NCBI GenBank assembly: GCA_043290085.1
Contig: CM091797.1
Coordinates: forward strand, 22,238,880 to 22,302,879
Length of the DNA: 64,000 bases
DNA from: Rhynchocyon petersi
Taxonomy: Eukaryota
Direction: 5' to 3'
This document shows positions 34,334 to 47,329 of this stretch, in pieces. Position numbers and translations under genes: made by a program. The notes under the pieces are model-generated. The model had not been told where the DNA came from and searched no databases. It saw only the letters and a list, made by a program, of their open reading frames with translations. Position 1 is the stretch's first letter, and every line of letters starts with the position of its first letter.

Positions 34334-35867
34334 TCTGTTCATAGACATTTAAATTGGCTCCACCTTTTTTTCTACACTGAAAAGTGCTGCAGTGAACGTT
34401 GGTGCACAGATTTGTTTGAGCACCTGCTTGGCTTCTTGTGAAAATGTGCCTAGATCAGGGTGTAAGTCATATGGTAGTTCTGTGTTCAGCCTTTGAGGAA
34501 CTGCTAACCTGTTTCCCACTGTGGCTTTGCAGATTTACATCCCCACTAGCAATGGCTAAAGAGTTCCAGGTTCTCCATAACCTTACCAACAAACTGTTTC
34601 CTAATTTTGAGGTTATTCAAATTTATGGATTTTAAAAAAGACTTAAGTATCACTCTCTGCCTCTTCACTGGAGCATTTTCCATCTATATTCAGAGTAACT
34701 AGCAATAAGGAAGACTTCTTCCATTTTGTTACTAATTTTTTTTGTCTTAGAGCCTCTTTAGGGAGCTCTGGTGACATAGTCCATAGGGAGTTCCTCTGAT
34801 AACCCAAAGGTTGTGCTTCTCCGCTGGTGAATCCACCAGCAGCTCCACGGCAGAAAGAAGGACGGCCGGCCTCCTCCCGATACTCTTCACAGCCTTGGGA
34901 GCCTGCTGGAGTGTTGCTGAGCTGAAACAGACTTGACACCAGTGAGCAAATGAACATAGCTTCTTTGGCTCTCTGTTCCTTTGGTGCTGACGTTTGTGTG
35001 TCTTTTTTCTCCTCTCGACTGACTTCTCGTTTTTATTTCTTACTCCTTATATTTGTGTGAGATACTGCTTCCGGCAACCCTCGGGAGGGTCACGATGAGT
35101 CATTCACGACTCGACGGTACCTCACCACCACCACCACCATTCCTTATATTTAATACCTTATTTTTTAAACAGTCTGATTTATATTTATACTTGCTTAACT
35201 TTAGTAACAGACAAAAACTATGCCTGCCCTGATCTTCCTGCACCACCATTGATATTGTTGCTATCCCCAATTGCATCTTCTTAACTTGACTACCCTTTTA
35301 TTTTGGGAGCTCTGGTGGCCTAGTGGTAAGTCATACCTAGTGGTATGACTTACACCCTGATCTAGGCACATTTTCACAAGAAGCCAAGCAGGTGCTCAAA
35401 CAAATCTGTGCACCAACGTTCACTGCAGCACTTTTCAGTGTAGAAAAAAAGGTGGAGCCAATTTAAATGTCTATGAACAGATGAGCAGCTGGAGTGGCCT
35501 AGTGGTAAGGAACTGTGCTGCCAATACAAAGGCAGGTAGTTCAAATCTACCAGTTGCTCCGAGGGAGAAAGACAGTCTGCCACCATGCGATTTATAGCCT
35601 TTGAAAACCCACCGGAGGGTAAGCTATGAGCTGGCTCAGACTCAACGGCATATCACAACTCTGTAATTTAAAATTACATATATATGCTGTATCATTTTCA
35701 TGTGTGTGGGAGTTTCTATGCCTCTGGCACTAGAAAGCACAAGGGACACATCATTTTTTATCTGTCAACCAAAAGTATTTTAATTCTATCTTTATACTTG
35801 TCAGGAAATTCCTTTAAAGTGAAACTACCGCCACCCCCTGCCCTGTACTCACGGTGTTAATTTGTTG

Positions 35868-36050
35868 CATGGTGGTGGGGTACCGTCGAGTCGTGAATGA
35901 CTCATAGTGACCCTCCCGAGGGTTTCCGGAGGCAGTATCTCACACGGAAGTAGAAACCACTCTTTTTCCCGCGGAGCAGCTGGCAGTTTTGAACCGCATG
36001 CCTTAGGGCTTGCAGCGCAGCTCTTTCACCACTAGGCCATACCAGCTGCA
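35868..36050 (-). mobile_element. tRNA-derived SINE
   Basis: 'ggtggtggggtaccgtcgagtcgtgaatgactcatagtgaccctcccgagggtttccgg…ccactaggccataccagctgc'. Confidence 0.85.
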
Positions 36051-36499
36051 TAGTATCCTACTTTCCATCCTGGAGGACTTCTCCCTTTACGGATTCATGC
36101 AGGGATGACAGTAAGACTTACTTGCAGTAAGACTTCCTCAGCTTTTGGTTATCTGCAAATGCCTTAATGAATCTCTCATTTTTGAATGAATGGTTGTTTT
36201 CTTGAGTATGAAATTCTTGACTGAAATTTCTTTTCTTTCATTATTTAAACATGTCACCCCACTGTGCCTTCTTTCTTGCATCACTCCTGAAGAGATGCTG
36301 AGACTCTGTGCTCAGGGACTCTGTGCTATTTTACTTCTCTTGTGCTGCTCTTAAAATTTTCTACTTATCCTTGATTTCATTGTGCCTTTTATTATAGCTA
36401 AGTACTTTTAGAAGTTTGTAACTTCTGACCCTCTTAGAGAAAGGCTTCCAACCTACCGAACAAATGATTTTACCTTTTTAATTATGTCTAATTGCGATT

Positions 36500-36688
36500 G
36501 ATGATGATGATGATGGGCTACCGTTAAGTCATGACCAAACTCATAGTGACCCTCCCAAGGGTTTCATGAGGCAGTATATCACATGGGAGTTGATATGACT
36601 CTTTCTCCCGTGGAGGAGCTGGCAGATTTGAACCACATGCCTTTGAGTTGGCAATGCAGCTCCTTACCACTAGGCTACACCAGCAACT
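36500..36688 (-). mobile_element. tRNA-derived SINE
   Basis: '(gat)n gggctaccgttaagtcatgaccaaactcatagtgaccctcc…ccactaggctacaccagcaac'. Confidence 0.8.
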
Positions 36689-37243
36689 AGAAGAGCAAAT
36701 TAAAGAGCATACCAGTTTTAATGGTATGTCTTGTGCAACTAACTACTTTCACTAACCCTCAACGTTACCCATAAGGCTGTGTCTTTTTCTAGTGAGTGGT
36801 CTTTTCTGATGCTAAGTCCAAGAAAGAGCATCATCGTTTCACGAACCTTGTTTCTAAGAAGTGTTCTGATTGTATGTCTTCTAAGATAAGTTTATTGGTT
36901 TTCCTGGTTACCCTTGTTATGATTAATCCAGTATTCTTCACCAACATCACAATTTGAGTATATATAACTGACTGCATGCATAATGCCACTGGCAGAACTC
37001 AAATTTACAAGGTAAAGTTTGAAGGCAAGCAGAAAAATACAATGGGAAGGAAAGAGAAATTAGAGCTGAGTGTACAGAGAAGACAAAGGGAGCGATCAGA
37101 AAGAGGGGGAATCAAAAGCGGAGCCATTTCGTGGTTGGGGTGACTCTTTCCTGAGATACTGTTTCTTTCTACACTTCTCTTCATCTCCCTGTGTTGGATT
37201 TAAACTCTCTCTCACGATAACCTTTTGATTTCTGTTGCCACAG

Positions 37244-37381
37244 TTGCTTTTGGAGGAGGTAATCGATTCAGATACTCTGAGCCAGGAGGTGACTGATTTG
37301 GTGGAGATGATTTGGGCAGAAGCTCTCGGCCATCTGGAGCACATGCTCCTCAAGCCAGTGAATAGAATTAGTCTGAATGAT
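37244..37381 (+). CDS. PARP4: PARP4 exon: LLLEEVIDSDTLSQEVTDLVEMIWAEALGHLEHMLLKPVNRISLND
   Basis: Acceptor 'ctgttgccacag|ttg' and donor 'aatgat|gtaagt'. Near-identical to human LLLEEVMNSSTLSQEVSDLVEMIWAEALGHLEHMLLKPVNRISLND. Confidence 0.9.
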
Positions 37382-38626
37382 GTAAGTCTGCATGTCCTTG
37401 AAACATGACCTCTCACATGATGAGCCTGCGTCATGGCTTAATAACGCCGTGTTGTTAGTGTTGGTCAGATCACACTGATTGTTGACTGTCCTTCCTTAGG
37501 CCCTGAGGAAAGGAGCTTAGAGAGCACGAAGAGGAAAATCACCTTCCGAGAAAACCAGATATGACCGTCAGGCACTAGAGCTAATCAAAGAGAGCACTTT
37601 TATTTTAATTTTTTTAGTTTAAAAAAGCTCTTTAAACTAAAAAAAAAAAAAAAAATAAATAAAAAGCTCTTTAAACTACAAAAAAAAAAAAAAAAGAGAG
37701 AGCACTTTTAAGTCTTGATCTAATAGGCTGAGAGGTTAGAAATAGACTTGAGGGGTGTAGATGGTCCTGATTATCAGTTAATACCCAACATTTGCCTTGT
37801 TCTTTCCAATTTTTACAGTCTAATAACTTCTAAGCCTCTCAGGTTAATGCTTCCAACCACCAGAAAATGTTCTTACATTCTTAAATATGTCTGCTTGTAT
37901 TTGAAAGAGGAAATGAAAGGAACCGTTCTTGACAGTACAATTTTTCTCTGGAGTTAAATACATTTATTTCATAGAGATGACATTTTCTGTGGGTTTGAAG
38001 CCCATAAAGTGCAAGTTTAAAGCTCATAATGTACATTTGTAATTAGACACAAATTCTAGAGATTTTTGTTCCTCATTCTATTCTGACATTGAAAGTAAGT
38101 ATAAAAAAAAAAAGAAAAGTAAGTCTCTTATAATTGCATTAGGGACTTCCGGTGAAGACAGTGGCATGGGTTTCTGGGTAGAACGCACTTCTACTCAGCA
38201 AACTCACAGAAATAGAATTTAAAATCCCCAGGAACCCCTGAGGGATCCTGATAGGGTCCCCCAGGCCTTAGGACCCTATCAGAATAATTTCATTAGCATT
38301 AGTTCCTCTATGTATAGCTCTAGCTACGTCTAAAGCCATCTTTCTGCATATGTCATATGTGCGTGGATACATGAGAATTTGGTTCTTTGCTCGAGTAAAG
38401 CCGAGTCCAGTTTTGGAACAGTCCTAATGCTATTGCCTTTACAGTTGAGATACATTTAAAATAAAGATCAGCATATGTTCTTAACAAATGCCCAAAAGGA
38501 ACTGTTAGTTGTGACATGTCTCACAATTATTTTAGATACTTTCGTATGTGTAGATATTTTTATATATGCCACTTCATGTTGTCATTGATATAATTTTGAT
38601 AATTCTGTATTGTTTTATATTTGAAG

Positions 38627-38800
38627 GTGAGCAAGGCAGAGGGCATTCTCCTCCTAGTAAAGACAGCACTGAAGAATGGAGAAACAGCAGAACAATTGCA
38701 AAAGATGATGACTGAATTCTACAGGTTAATACCCCACAAAGATAAAAATAGGGAAGATGTTAACCTAAGATTATTATCACAGAAAGAAGACCTCTGCCAG
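38627..38800 (+). CDS. PARP4: PARP4 exon: VSKAEGILLLVKTALKNGETAEQLQKMMTEFYRLIPHKDKNREDVNLRLLSQKEDLCQ
   Basis: Acceptor 'tatatttgaag|gtg' and donor 'ctgccag|gtaaat'. ORF 38621-38812 matches the human PARP4 PARP regulatory region. Confidence 0.9.
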
Positions 38801-39523
38801 GTAAATCTCTGAAGTGTATAACTCAATTGAAAATATTTTCAGGCGTACTAATCTGATAAATAAGGTAACACTGAACCTCAGAAGTTGTCTCATGAGTTGT
38901 CTAACATAAGTTGTGTACAACACCAAGTTATCAAACCATTTTAGAATGCTTGAGGCTTTGGAAAAGTTCTCCAAGATTCTAGTTAACAAAGTTCTCTAGT
39001 CCCAACCATGAATGTGTGTCCCACCACTGTCTGTCAATTTGTTGTACTGTGGGAACTTGTGTGTTCCTATGATATTGGAAACTGTGCCTTCAATATTTCA
39101 AATACTAGGAACATCTCTCATAGTAGACAGATTTCAGTGGGGTTTCCAAACTAAGACAGACAAGGAAGCAGGTGAACAGTAACTCTAGGGAGGTTCACAC
39201 TCCTTAGAACAATCAACTCTACAAGATCCAAAGGGCAGCGTGAGCCCAGTGATAAAGCTCTGAGGGTCAGAAAGGACAGGAGAGAAGTTTCAAAGTTTCA
39301 GTGGAAACAGTGACCACAGAGAGGAAAGGGGAAGAGTGCTATTGCATTGTGGGAATTGCAGTTAATGTCACAGTGCAAAAGATGCATGGATTTTTGTTTG
39401 GAAAACCGATTTGTTCTGTTAACTTTCACCCAAATCACAACAAAAAGATTATTAAAGAAGATAAAGAAATTACACAGAATCACTGTACCAAAAAGGATTT
39501 GTTACTATTAAGCCATTGAAAAG

Positions 39524-39705
39524 CAGCTGGCATAGCCTAGTGGTAAGGAGCTGCGCTGCCAACTCAAAGGGATATGGTTCAAATCCGCCAGCTGCTCTGT
39601 GGGAGAAAGAGTGGCGTCAACCCCCATATTATATACTGCCTCCGGAAACCCATGGGAAGGTCACTGTGAGTGGTATCCCATCATCATCATCATCATCATC
39701 ATCCC
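39524..39705 (+). mobile_element. tRNA-derived SINE with a (CAT)n tail
   Basis: 'gcagctggcatagcctagtggtaaggagctgcgctgccaactcaaagggatatggttcaaatccgccagctgctc…' followed by (catcat)n at 39677-39703. Confidence 0.8.
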
Positions 39706-39739
39706 ATCCAGGGATATGATCAGAAACTAAGGTAAAGAA

Positions 39740-41290
39740 GATGTCCAAGGTGCACTAAAGGCATTAGAGAGAAACAAGGCTCAGGGAACGCCAGCGGAGC
39801 TGTTTCAACAATTGGTGCGATGCTGGAAGTACTCATCTCCTGATGTCAAACAATTTGGAAGACAGCTGCCTGGCCTGCTGTCTAGAAGAGATCGACATTT
39901 GTACTCATGCTAAAGAAAAGTGATCCAATAGAATTCTGAAATTATCCAATAATACCATTAATATCGCAAACACAAGTAAAATCTTACTGAAGAACAACTG
40001 GAAAATGGTTGTAGCGGTACATTGAGTGGAACAGCAAGAAATTCAAGCTGGATTTAGGAGAAGACATAGAACAAGGGATGGTATTGCTGGTGTATCTTGG
40101 CTGAAAGCAGAGAGTACCAGAAAGAGGTTTACATGTGTCTTATTGATTGTGCAAAGGTGTCTGACTGTATAGATCATAATAAATTATAGGTAATACTGTG
40201 AGAGACGAGAATTCCAGAACACTTAATTGTCATCATGTAGAAGAACATGTACATAGACCAACAAGCAGTGTTTAGGATAGAACAAGGGGATACAGTGTGG
40301 CTCAAAATCAGAAAAGGTGTGTGGCAGGCTTCTGTCTCTTCACTGTCCTTATTCACTTGGTGTGCTGAGTAAATAACTTTGCAAAACAACTAATAACTAA
40401 ATAACTGAGAAGCCGTGAAGCAGACTGTAAAGAAAAAACGTAGCCTCAGTTCTGAGGAACACTCATCAACAGCTTGTTTCAGCAAACACAGCTGTGCCTG
40501 CCAAAATTGAAGAGGACTTGAATCCAGCATTTCCTGATGAAGTTCAAAGACGGTAGCCTCGGTATGGATTACACCTCAACGTAGGGAAATACTGTTTTTC
40601 ACAATGACTAGTAAGCGATACCATGATAAATGGAGAAAAGTTGTCAAAAATTTTCTTTTACGTAATCAACGTCTTAGGAAGTAACAGTCACGAAATGAAA
40701 CAACATGTTGCATTGGGCAGATCTGCAAATGACCAAGTGTTCAAGAGTGCAGATGCCACTGTGAGGAATAAGATGTGCCGGAGCCAGGCCAGGATATTTT
40801 CAGTCACCTTGAATGTATTTGAAAGTGGGACGACACCTGAGAAAGACTGAAGAGGAATGGTGAGTTTGAATTATATAGTGTGAGTGAAGGATGTTGACTG
40901 TCCCGTGTGTGGACTGCCAGAGGAACAAACAAATCCTCCTTGGAAGACGTACAAGCAGAGTGCTCCTTACAGATGAGGGTAGCGAGCCTTCATCCATCTC
41001 GTGTGTTTTGGACGTGTTACCAGAAGGGAATAGTTCCTGGAGAGGGAAGGGACATCATGTGTGCTAAAGTGGAGAGTCAACAAGGAAAGCGAGGGTCAGT
41101 CAACAGAAACAAGAAGACCCTCAAAGAGATGGATTGACACAGTGATGGCAAGAAACTAACGATAAGCGTAGTAATAATGGTGAAAATGGCACAGAACTGA
41201 GCAGTTTTGCGCTTTGTATATTCAAAGCCGAAGTCATTGGTGTTGAGTCATAACCAACACAGAGCAGACCCTCCAGTGATTATTTTTTCC
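39740..41290 (+). mobile_element. Ancient, heavily degraded RTE copy
   Basis: Weak but collinear RTE similarity at the nucleotide level (…ccagaaagaggtttacatgtgtcttattgattgtgcaaaggtgtctgactgtatagatcataataaattatag…) and in ORF 40907-41137 (…GIVPGEGRDIMCAKVESQQGKRG…TLKEMD). Confidence 0.5.
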
Positions 41291-41924
41291 AGAGGCTTTG
41301 AATTACGTGGGAGGAGGGTGCTCATCTTTGTCTCGGACATTGGCCTCTGGTTTTGAACTACCAGGGAGGCGTGACCTTTTGACTAGCAGTTCAGCTCTCT
41401 CTGTGGACTACGCCTGCAGTGGCCCTTCACATGTGAAGGAGCACTTACGTGTTTGTGAGCGTGGTGGCACAGAATCAAATTTTCAAATAATCTTCCCGGT
41501 TTTTAAAAAATCTTTTAACTTACGTTGCTTTGTCTGTTTCATTGTTGGTTAGCTTTTCTGTTTCTGCATTTGAAATTTTTTTAAACTTTTCTACAGCACC
41601 ATGCATCAGTCTTTTGTTTTAAGGCTGGTGAGTTTTAAACTGTAGTTAGAAAGGCCCGTGCGAAGGACTCAGAGTACTTTCAACCCTGGAAGGAGATTGG
41701 CTAGTGCCCTGTTTGAATGTCTCTTACACGCCTAGACTGGAGATCTGTAAGAACTCCCTCAGGATAGTGTAGATTCTGATGGAGTGGATCTGAGGTGGAG
41801 TGCAGATTCTCAAAGGAGGTCCAAGACTTGGTTTAGTCTCTGTCCCCTACTAATGGTCAGATCTTAAGCAATTGATTGACCTTCTCAGAGCTCACTTTCC
41901 TCACTCATACAATGAAGACAGGGA

Positions 41925-42090
41925 GCTCTGGTGGCCTAATGGCAAGACAGTTCCACTGCCAACCCAGAGGCAGGTGGTTTGAATCTACTAGCTGCTCTGA
42001 GGGAGACATATGGGCAGTCCCCTGCCGTGCAGTTTACACCCTGTGAAAACCTGCTGGAAGGTCAGCTCTGAGTTGGTTCTCACTTGCCAG
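41925..42090 (+). mobile_element. tRNA-derived SINE (older subfamily)
   Basis: 'gggagctctggtggcctaatggcaagacagttccactgccaacccagaggcaggtggtttgaatctactagctgctc…'. Confidence 0.7.
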
Positions 42091-42261
42091 CACACAACAA
42101 AAGCAATAAACAGGGACCTACTTCACAGTGCTGCAGTGAGGATTAAATTCAATGATGCATTTGGAAGCCATTTACTCACACTGATGTGCTATGACAATGT
42201 GTACTATTATTTTATGTTGTTCTTGGAGGAATCTTACTGGCTATACTATGCCACCAACAAG

Positions 42262-42430
42262 GGAGCTCTGGTGGCCTAGTGGTAAGGAGCTGTACTGCAA
42301 CCTCAAAGGCTTGCAGTTCGAATCCACCAGCTGCTCCGAGGGAGAAAGAGTGATTGTTAACTCCTGTGCGATTTAATACCTCTGAAAAAACCTCTGGACC
42401 GTCAGCTATGAGTCAGTCATGACTCAATGG
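42262..42430 (+). mobile_element. tRNA-derived SINE
   Basis: 'gggagctctggtggcctagtggtaaggagctgtactgcaacctcaaaggcttgcagttcgaatccaccagctgctccgagggagaaagag…'. Confidence 0.8.
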
Positions 42431-42569
42431 TACTTAATAGCAGATCTTGAGATCAATAGCTTCATGAAAAATCTAGGTTTTCCAAACTCTCTGATGAAGT
42501 GTTAATATAGTACAGATATTAGTTTTAATCATACCAAGTCTAATATTTGTGTACCATTTCTATCTACAG

Positions 42570-42730
42570 CTAATAAGAGACATGGTGAATGTCTGTGAAA
42601 CAAATTTGTCCAAACCCAACCCACCCTCTCTTGCTAAATACCGAGCTTTGAGATGCAAAATTCAGCATGTTGAGCAGAACACGGAAGAATTTTCCAGGGT
42701 TAGAAAAGAAATTTTGAAGAACCATCACAG
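42570..42730 (+). CDS. PARP4: PARP4 exon: LIRDMVNVCETNLSKPNPPSLAKYRALRCKIQHVEQNTEEFSRVRKEILKNHH(S), ending in phase 2
   Basis: Acceptor 'tctatctacag|cta' and donor 'catcacag|gtaaac'. Near-identical to human LIRDMVNVCETNLSKPNPPSLAKYRALRCKIEHVEQNTEEFLRVRKEVLQNHH. Confidence 0.9.
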
Positions 42731-43547
42731 GTAAACATCAAGGAAATATGCCTTCTCGTTGTGATGCTATTTCAGATTCCACTAAAGAGCTGGTTTACCA
42801 AACTAACTTAGCTTTAATAATTAGTAAGAGCTTAACTGCATTGAGATGACAAATTCCTTTCTTCTGTGTTTTTTGATAAGACCTGGGCATATTCTGAATT
42901 TGAAAAGACTGTAATCCCATTCTTGTCTGCATTTTACCCTATCTTGCTTCAAATAAAATTTAAAAGTTTAAAATGTTTGATCTTGTGTTTTGCCAGTTAG
43001 CCACTTAAATTAAGATTTTAAACTTCAAGATGTGTGTGGCAGCTTTTACCAGGGGCACTCGATGGCTTGAAAATAATGAAGTTGGAAAACTTGTCATGAA
43101 TTGTGGCATCCCTACAGAGACAATCTCCTTGTTAACTATAAAAACCAAACACAAACAAAACAAGCCAACAACAAACAAGCTCCTTGACGCAGAGTAGCTG
43201 CCAACATGGGGGTGCTGTGCATTGGAGCTGACTTGAAGACACCTAACAACACAACGTCTAAAATTTTGTTCAGCTTCTCTTGATCAGAAATCCTCAAATC
43301 CTATTACCCTAGACCTTTTATGTATTATCAAATTCTCTTAACTTTTAACCGACCTTGCTCCCAGATCTCCTGCAGCCTGTTACCATGAGTGAGGAGATAC
43401 AAGGAGTCTCCTCATGGTCAAGGTGGAATCAGTAGAAGAGCCAGTCTTAATCTTCTCCTGAGAGTCAGAGGGGAAACAAGTCTTCAAGCTCAGAAATCAT
43501 CTCATCTAACTCAAACAACCTCTTGGTTTTCCCCCCAATTCTTGCAG

Positions 43548-43685
43548 CAAAAGTTCAGTGGACATTTTGCAGATTTATAGAGTTGGCAGAGTGAACGAAA
43601 CCACAGAATTTGTGAGCAAACTTGGCAATGTGAAGTCTCTATTACACGGATCTTCTGTACGAAACGTAGTAGGAATCCTGTCTCG
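43548..43685 (+). CDS. PARP4: PARP4 catalytic-domain exon: (S)KSSVDILQIYRVGRVNETTEFVSKLGNVKSLLHGSSVRNVVGILS(R), containing the H-G-S NAD+-binding motif
   Basis: Acceptor 'ttcttgcag|c' and donor 'gtctcg|gtaaga'. Matches human SKSPVDVLQIFRVGRVNETTEFLSKLGNVRPLLHGSPVQNIVGILCR. Confidence 0.9.
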
Positions 43686-43799
43686 GTAAGAAAATGCTGT
43701 CTTTGTTTTCCAATATTTATCTCCACCAATTTGAAGTGTTTTACATTAGAAATTTTTTCTACACCACATGAACCTTTTCCATTAAAATAAGCCAGTTTA

Positions 43800-44590
43800 C
43801 TGTTGTTGTTGTTATGTGCCATTGAGTCGAGAATGACTCATAATGACCCTATGAACAGCAGATCTGAAACTCGCCCTATCCTGAACCATCCTCATCATCT
43901 CCGAAATACTTGAGCCCATCCCTGCAGTCACTGTGTCTAACCATTTCGTCGAGGGTCTGCCTCTCCCTCTTGGTCCTCCACCTTTCCAAGCATGATGTCC
44001 CTCTCCAGGGACTGGCTTCTCCTAACAACATGTCCAAAATATGTGAGACAAAGCTTCACTATCCTTGCCTCCAAGGAGTACTCTGGCAGGACTCTCTCCA
44101 GGACATATTTGTTTGTCCTCTTGGCCATCCATGGGATGTTGAGCACTCTTTTCCAACTACACAATTCAAAGACATCGATTCTTCTTCTGTCATCCTTGAT
44201 CATTGTCCAACTTTCAGATGCATGGCTAGCAATTGAGAATACCATAGTTTGGGTCAGGTGCACCTTTGTCCTTAAGCTGACATCATTATTCTCCAGTACT
44301 TTGGAGAGGCCCCTAAAGGCAGCCTTTCCCAATGTGATGTGTCTTTTGATTTCCTGACTACTGGTGCTAGAAGAGTTGACTGTAGATCCAAGTAAGATAA
44401 AATCATTGACAGTTTCAATTTTTTCTCCATCAATTGTTATGCTCCCCATTCGTCCAGTTGTTAGAATCTTGGTCTTCCTGAGGTTCAGCCTCAATCCATA
44501 TTGAAGACTGCAGTCCTTGAGTTTCTGCAGCAGACTTGTCAAGTCCTCTTCACTTTCAGCAAGAAGGGTTGTGTCATCTGCATATCGCAG
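43800..44590 (-). mobile_element. RTE 3' half
   Basis: Minus-strand ORF 43937-44542 (…ILLGSTVNSSSTSSQEIKRHITLGKAAFRGLSKVLENNDVSLRTKVHLTQTMVFSIASHASESWTMIKDDRRRIDVFELCSWKRVLNIPWMAKRTNKYVLERV…). The reverse-complement tail sits at 43800-43860. Confidence 0.85.
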
Positions 44591-44606
44591 GTTTACTGTT
44601 TTGTTT

Positions 44607-44975
44607 TTTTTACCATCGAGTCATGAATGACTCATAGTGACCCTCCTGAGGGTTTCCGGAGGCAGTATCTCACACGGAAGTAGAAACCACTCTTTCTCAC
44701 TCGGAGCAGCTGGCGGGTTTGAACTGTGTGCCTTTGGGCTTGTAGCGCAGCTCTTTCACCACTAGGCCACGCCAGCTGCTTTATATTTGTATGGTGGTGG
44801 TGGGGTACCATCGAGTCGTGAATGACTCATAGTGACCATCCCGAGGGTTTCCAGAGGCAGTATCTCGCACAGGAGTGGAAGCCACTCTTTCTCCCGAGGA
44901 GCAGCTGGCGGATTTGAACTGTGTGCCTTTGGGTTGTTGGTGCAGCTCCTTCACCACTAGGCCATGCCAGCTATA
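44607..44975 (-). mobile_element. Two tandem tRNA-derived SINEs in the same orientation (44607-44779 and 44793-44972)
   Basis: Each has a tail '…accatcgagtcgtgaatgactcatagtgacc…' and a head '…caccactaggccacgccagctgct / …ccactaggccatgccagct'. Confidence 0.85.
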
Positions 44976-45394
44976 GCAGGTCACGAAAGGATTTTAAGTG
45001 ACTGTCTTAATTTTGTTTTAATACATGTGGATATTCTGGTTACTTTTTTACTCACATTCCCATTTTTTACCTCTAATCTGTTAGATAATTTAAATTATGG
45101 ATTTAATTAATGTTTTGCATGGGTGTGAATTTATTATTAAAGACAGTATGATATAAATAACCTGATTAGACATCATGAATTTCCCATGTGTATCTGACCT
45201 AGGGATAGCTTGACATTTCAAGAGAAAAGTCTAGAAATTAGAGTGCCCAGGTAGCAGGCACACTTCACCAGATAAAACTGTCTAATTAAACCCGTAACTC
45301 AAATTTGCTTGCTTGCTTACTTTGAATAACCACTTAATCTTAGCATGAAAGTGAAATCACAGGAGACTGGGGGAAATATGGTTAAATTTAGATT

Positions 45395-45560
45395 CTGGCG
45401 GCCTAGTGGGTAGTTGCACTGCCAACCCAAAGGCAGGCAGTTTGAATCCACTAGCTGCTTCAAGGGAGAAAGATGGGCCATCTCCTGTGCAGTTACGGCC
45501 TCTGAAACCCCGCTGGAGGATAAGCTCTGAGTTAGTTCCAACCCAGCAGTAGATAACAAC
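45395..45560 (+). mobile_element. tRNA-derived SINE (older subfamily)
   Basis: 'ggcggcctagtgggtagttgcactgccaacccaaaggcaggcagtttgaatccactagctgcttcaagggagaaagatggg…'. Confidence 0.7.
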
Positions 45561-46244
45561 AGTTCAATACGGAGGAAAACAAGCAAAACGAAACTTGTAC
45601 GCTCCAGCTAAAGAGAATGTCAAACTGTTTGGAAGATATAAAAGACTAATACTGAATGTTATAAAAATGCATTTAAATAAAATAAGAATTTTTTTAAAAT
45701 ACACTTTCCTTAATCGGAACGATTTACATTTTCTCTTAAATTGATACAGGAATTAAGTGTTATCATAATAGTCCAGCAAGATTATTTTTCCCAAGAAATC
45801 AAAAGCTGGTTTTATGGTACATTACCTTTTTTTTTTTTAAACTTTAAAATTACCAGGATAATTATAAAAGAAAAAAAGAATGAGGGAAGATTAACCAGTA
45901 AGACATCAAAATGTCTTATAAAGCTATTTAGGAGCTGCGTTGGTAGAGTGGGTTATGTATTGGGTAGCTAACTGAAAGGTCATTGGTTTGAATACACACA
46001 TCACTTTCTGGGAGAAAGATGAAGTGGTCTGGTTTACAGCATGAGAAACTCAATGGAGGGTCATGATGAGTTGAAATAAACTTGCTGGCAGTGGGATTTT
46101 TTTCTTCTATAAACATCGAGGTGTCTCATAAATAGATAAATCCACAGAATAGTCTAGAAATAAATTCAGAAACATAAAATAAATATATGGTAAAAGATAA
46201 CATCTTCGTTGCAGAAAGGTAAGGTCATTTCTATAACACTTAGA

Positions 46245-46420
46245 GAGCAGCTGGAGTGGCCTAGTGGTGAAGGAGCTGCGCTGCCAACCCGAAGGCATGA
46301 GGTTCAAATCTGCCAGCTGCTCTGAGGGAGAAAGAGTAGCTTCCACTCCCGTGTGAGATATTGCCTCCGGCAACCCTTGGGAGGGTCACTATGAGTTCAC
46401 GACTCTACGGTACCCCATCT
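46245..46420 (+). mobile_element. tRNA-derived SINE
   Basis: 'gcagctggagtggcctagtggtgaaggagctgcgctgccaacccgaaggcatgaggttcaaatctgccagctgctc…gggtcactatgagttcacgactctacggtacc'. Confidence 0.85.
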
Positions 46421-46589
46421 GGTGGGATAAATAGGTAATCCCTGGGAAACAATATCATGTTTAACCCTTACCTGACTCCTCATACTTAAATGAATTTCAG
46501 ATAGAGTAAAAAAATAAAAGAATTAAACATGAAACCAGAAAAGTATTAACTGAAAAACGGAAGAATAATATTAAAAATATTCTTTGAAC

Positions 46590-47000
46590 CAGACTGTTGT
46601 TGTTGTTGTTAGATGCCATTGGGTCCAGTATGACTAACAGTGGCCCTGTGAACAATGGATCTGAACTCTGTCCTATCCTGTGCCAACCTTACCATCCCTG
46701 TTGTGCATGAGCCCATTGGCATGTCACCACGTCAGTCCATCTCATTGAGGGTTTTCCTCTCTTTCTCTGACCCTCTGCCTTACCGAGCATGATGTCCTTT
46801 TCTAAGGCCTGGCCATTCGTAGAACATGCCTGAAGTGTGGGAGATGAAGTTTCACCTTGCCTTACGGAGCATGCAGGTTGCACTCTCTCCAAGACATACT
46901 CGTTTGTCTTTTAGGCAGTCCATGGACTAGGCAGTGCTCTTCTCCAGCACCACAGCTCAAAGGCATCTATTCTTCTGTCATCTTTATTCATTGTCTAACT
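46590..47000 (-). mobile_element. RTE 3'-terminal fragment
   Basis: Reverse-complement tail '(gtt)n agatgccattgggtccagtatgactaacagtggccc'. Minus-strand ORF 46689-46892 reads …LEKDIMLGKAEGQRKRGKPSMRWTDVV…. Confidence 0.75.
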
Positions 47001-47329
47001 TTTAGATGCATAGCAAGTGAGATATAATTCATACCTGCAAATCAAGACTATTAGCTCCAGATTGTACTAGCAGATGAGCCTGTTAGCTTGGAAAATTCAA
47101 CTCACTGCCGTTGAGTTGGAATCAACTCCTAGCTGACTCTCCATTGGGCTTCTGAGGCTATAAATAACAAAGAAAGTGTTTGCTTATCTTTCTCTTGTGG
47201 AATGGCAGGTAGATTCAACCACTGATGTTATTGTTAGCAGCCTAATACCTTACACACTATGTTACAAATCCATAAGACTTGGGGGGGGGTGGTGTTTGGA
47301 ATAACAAAAAAAACCAAACCACGAAACCC

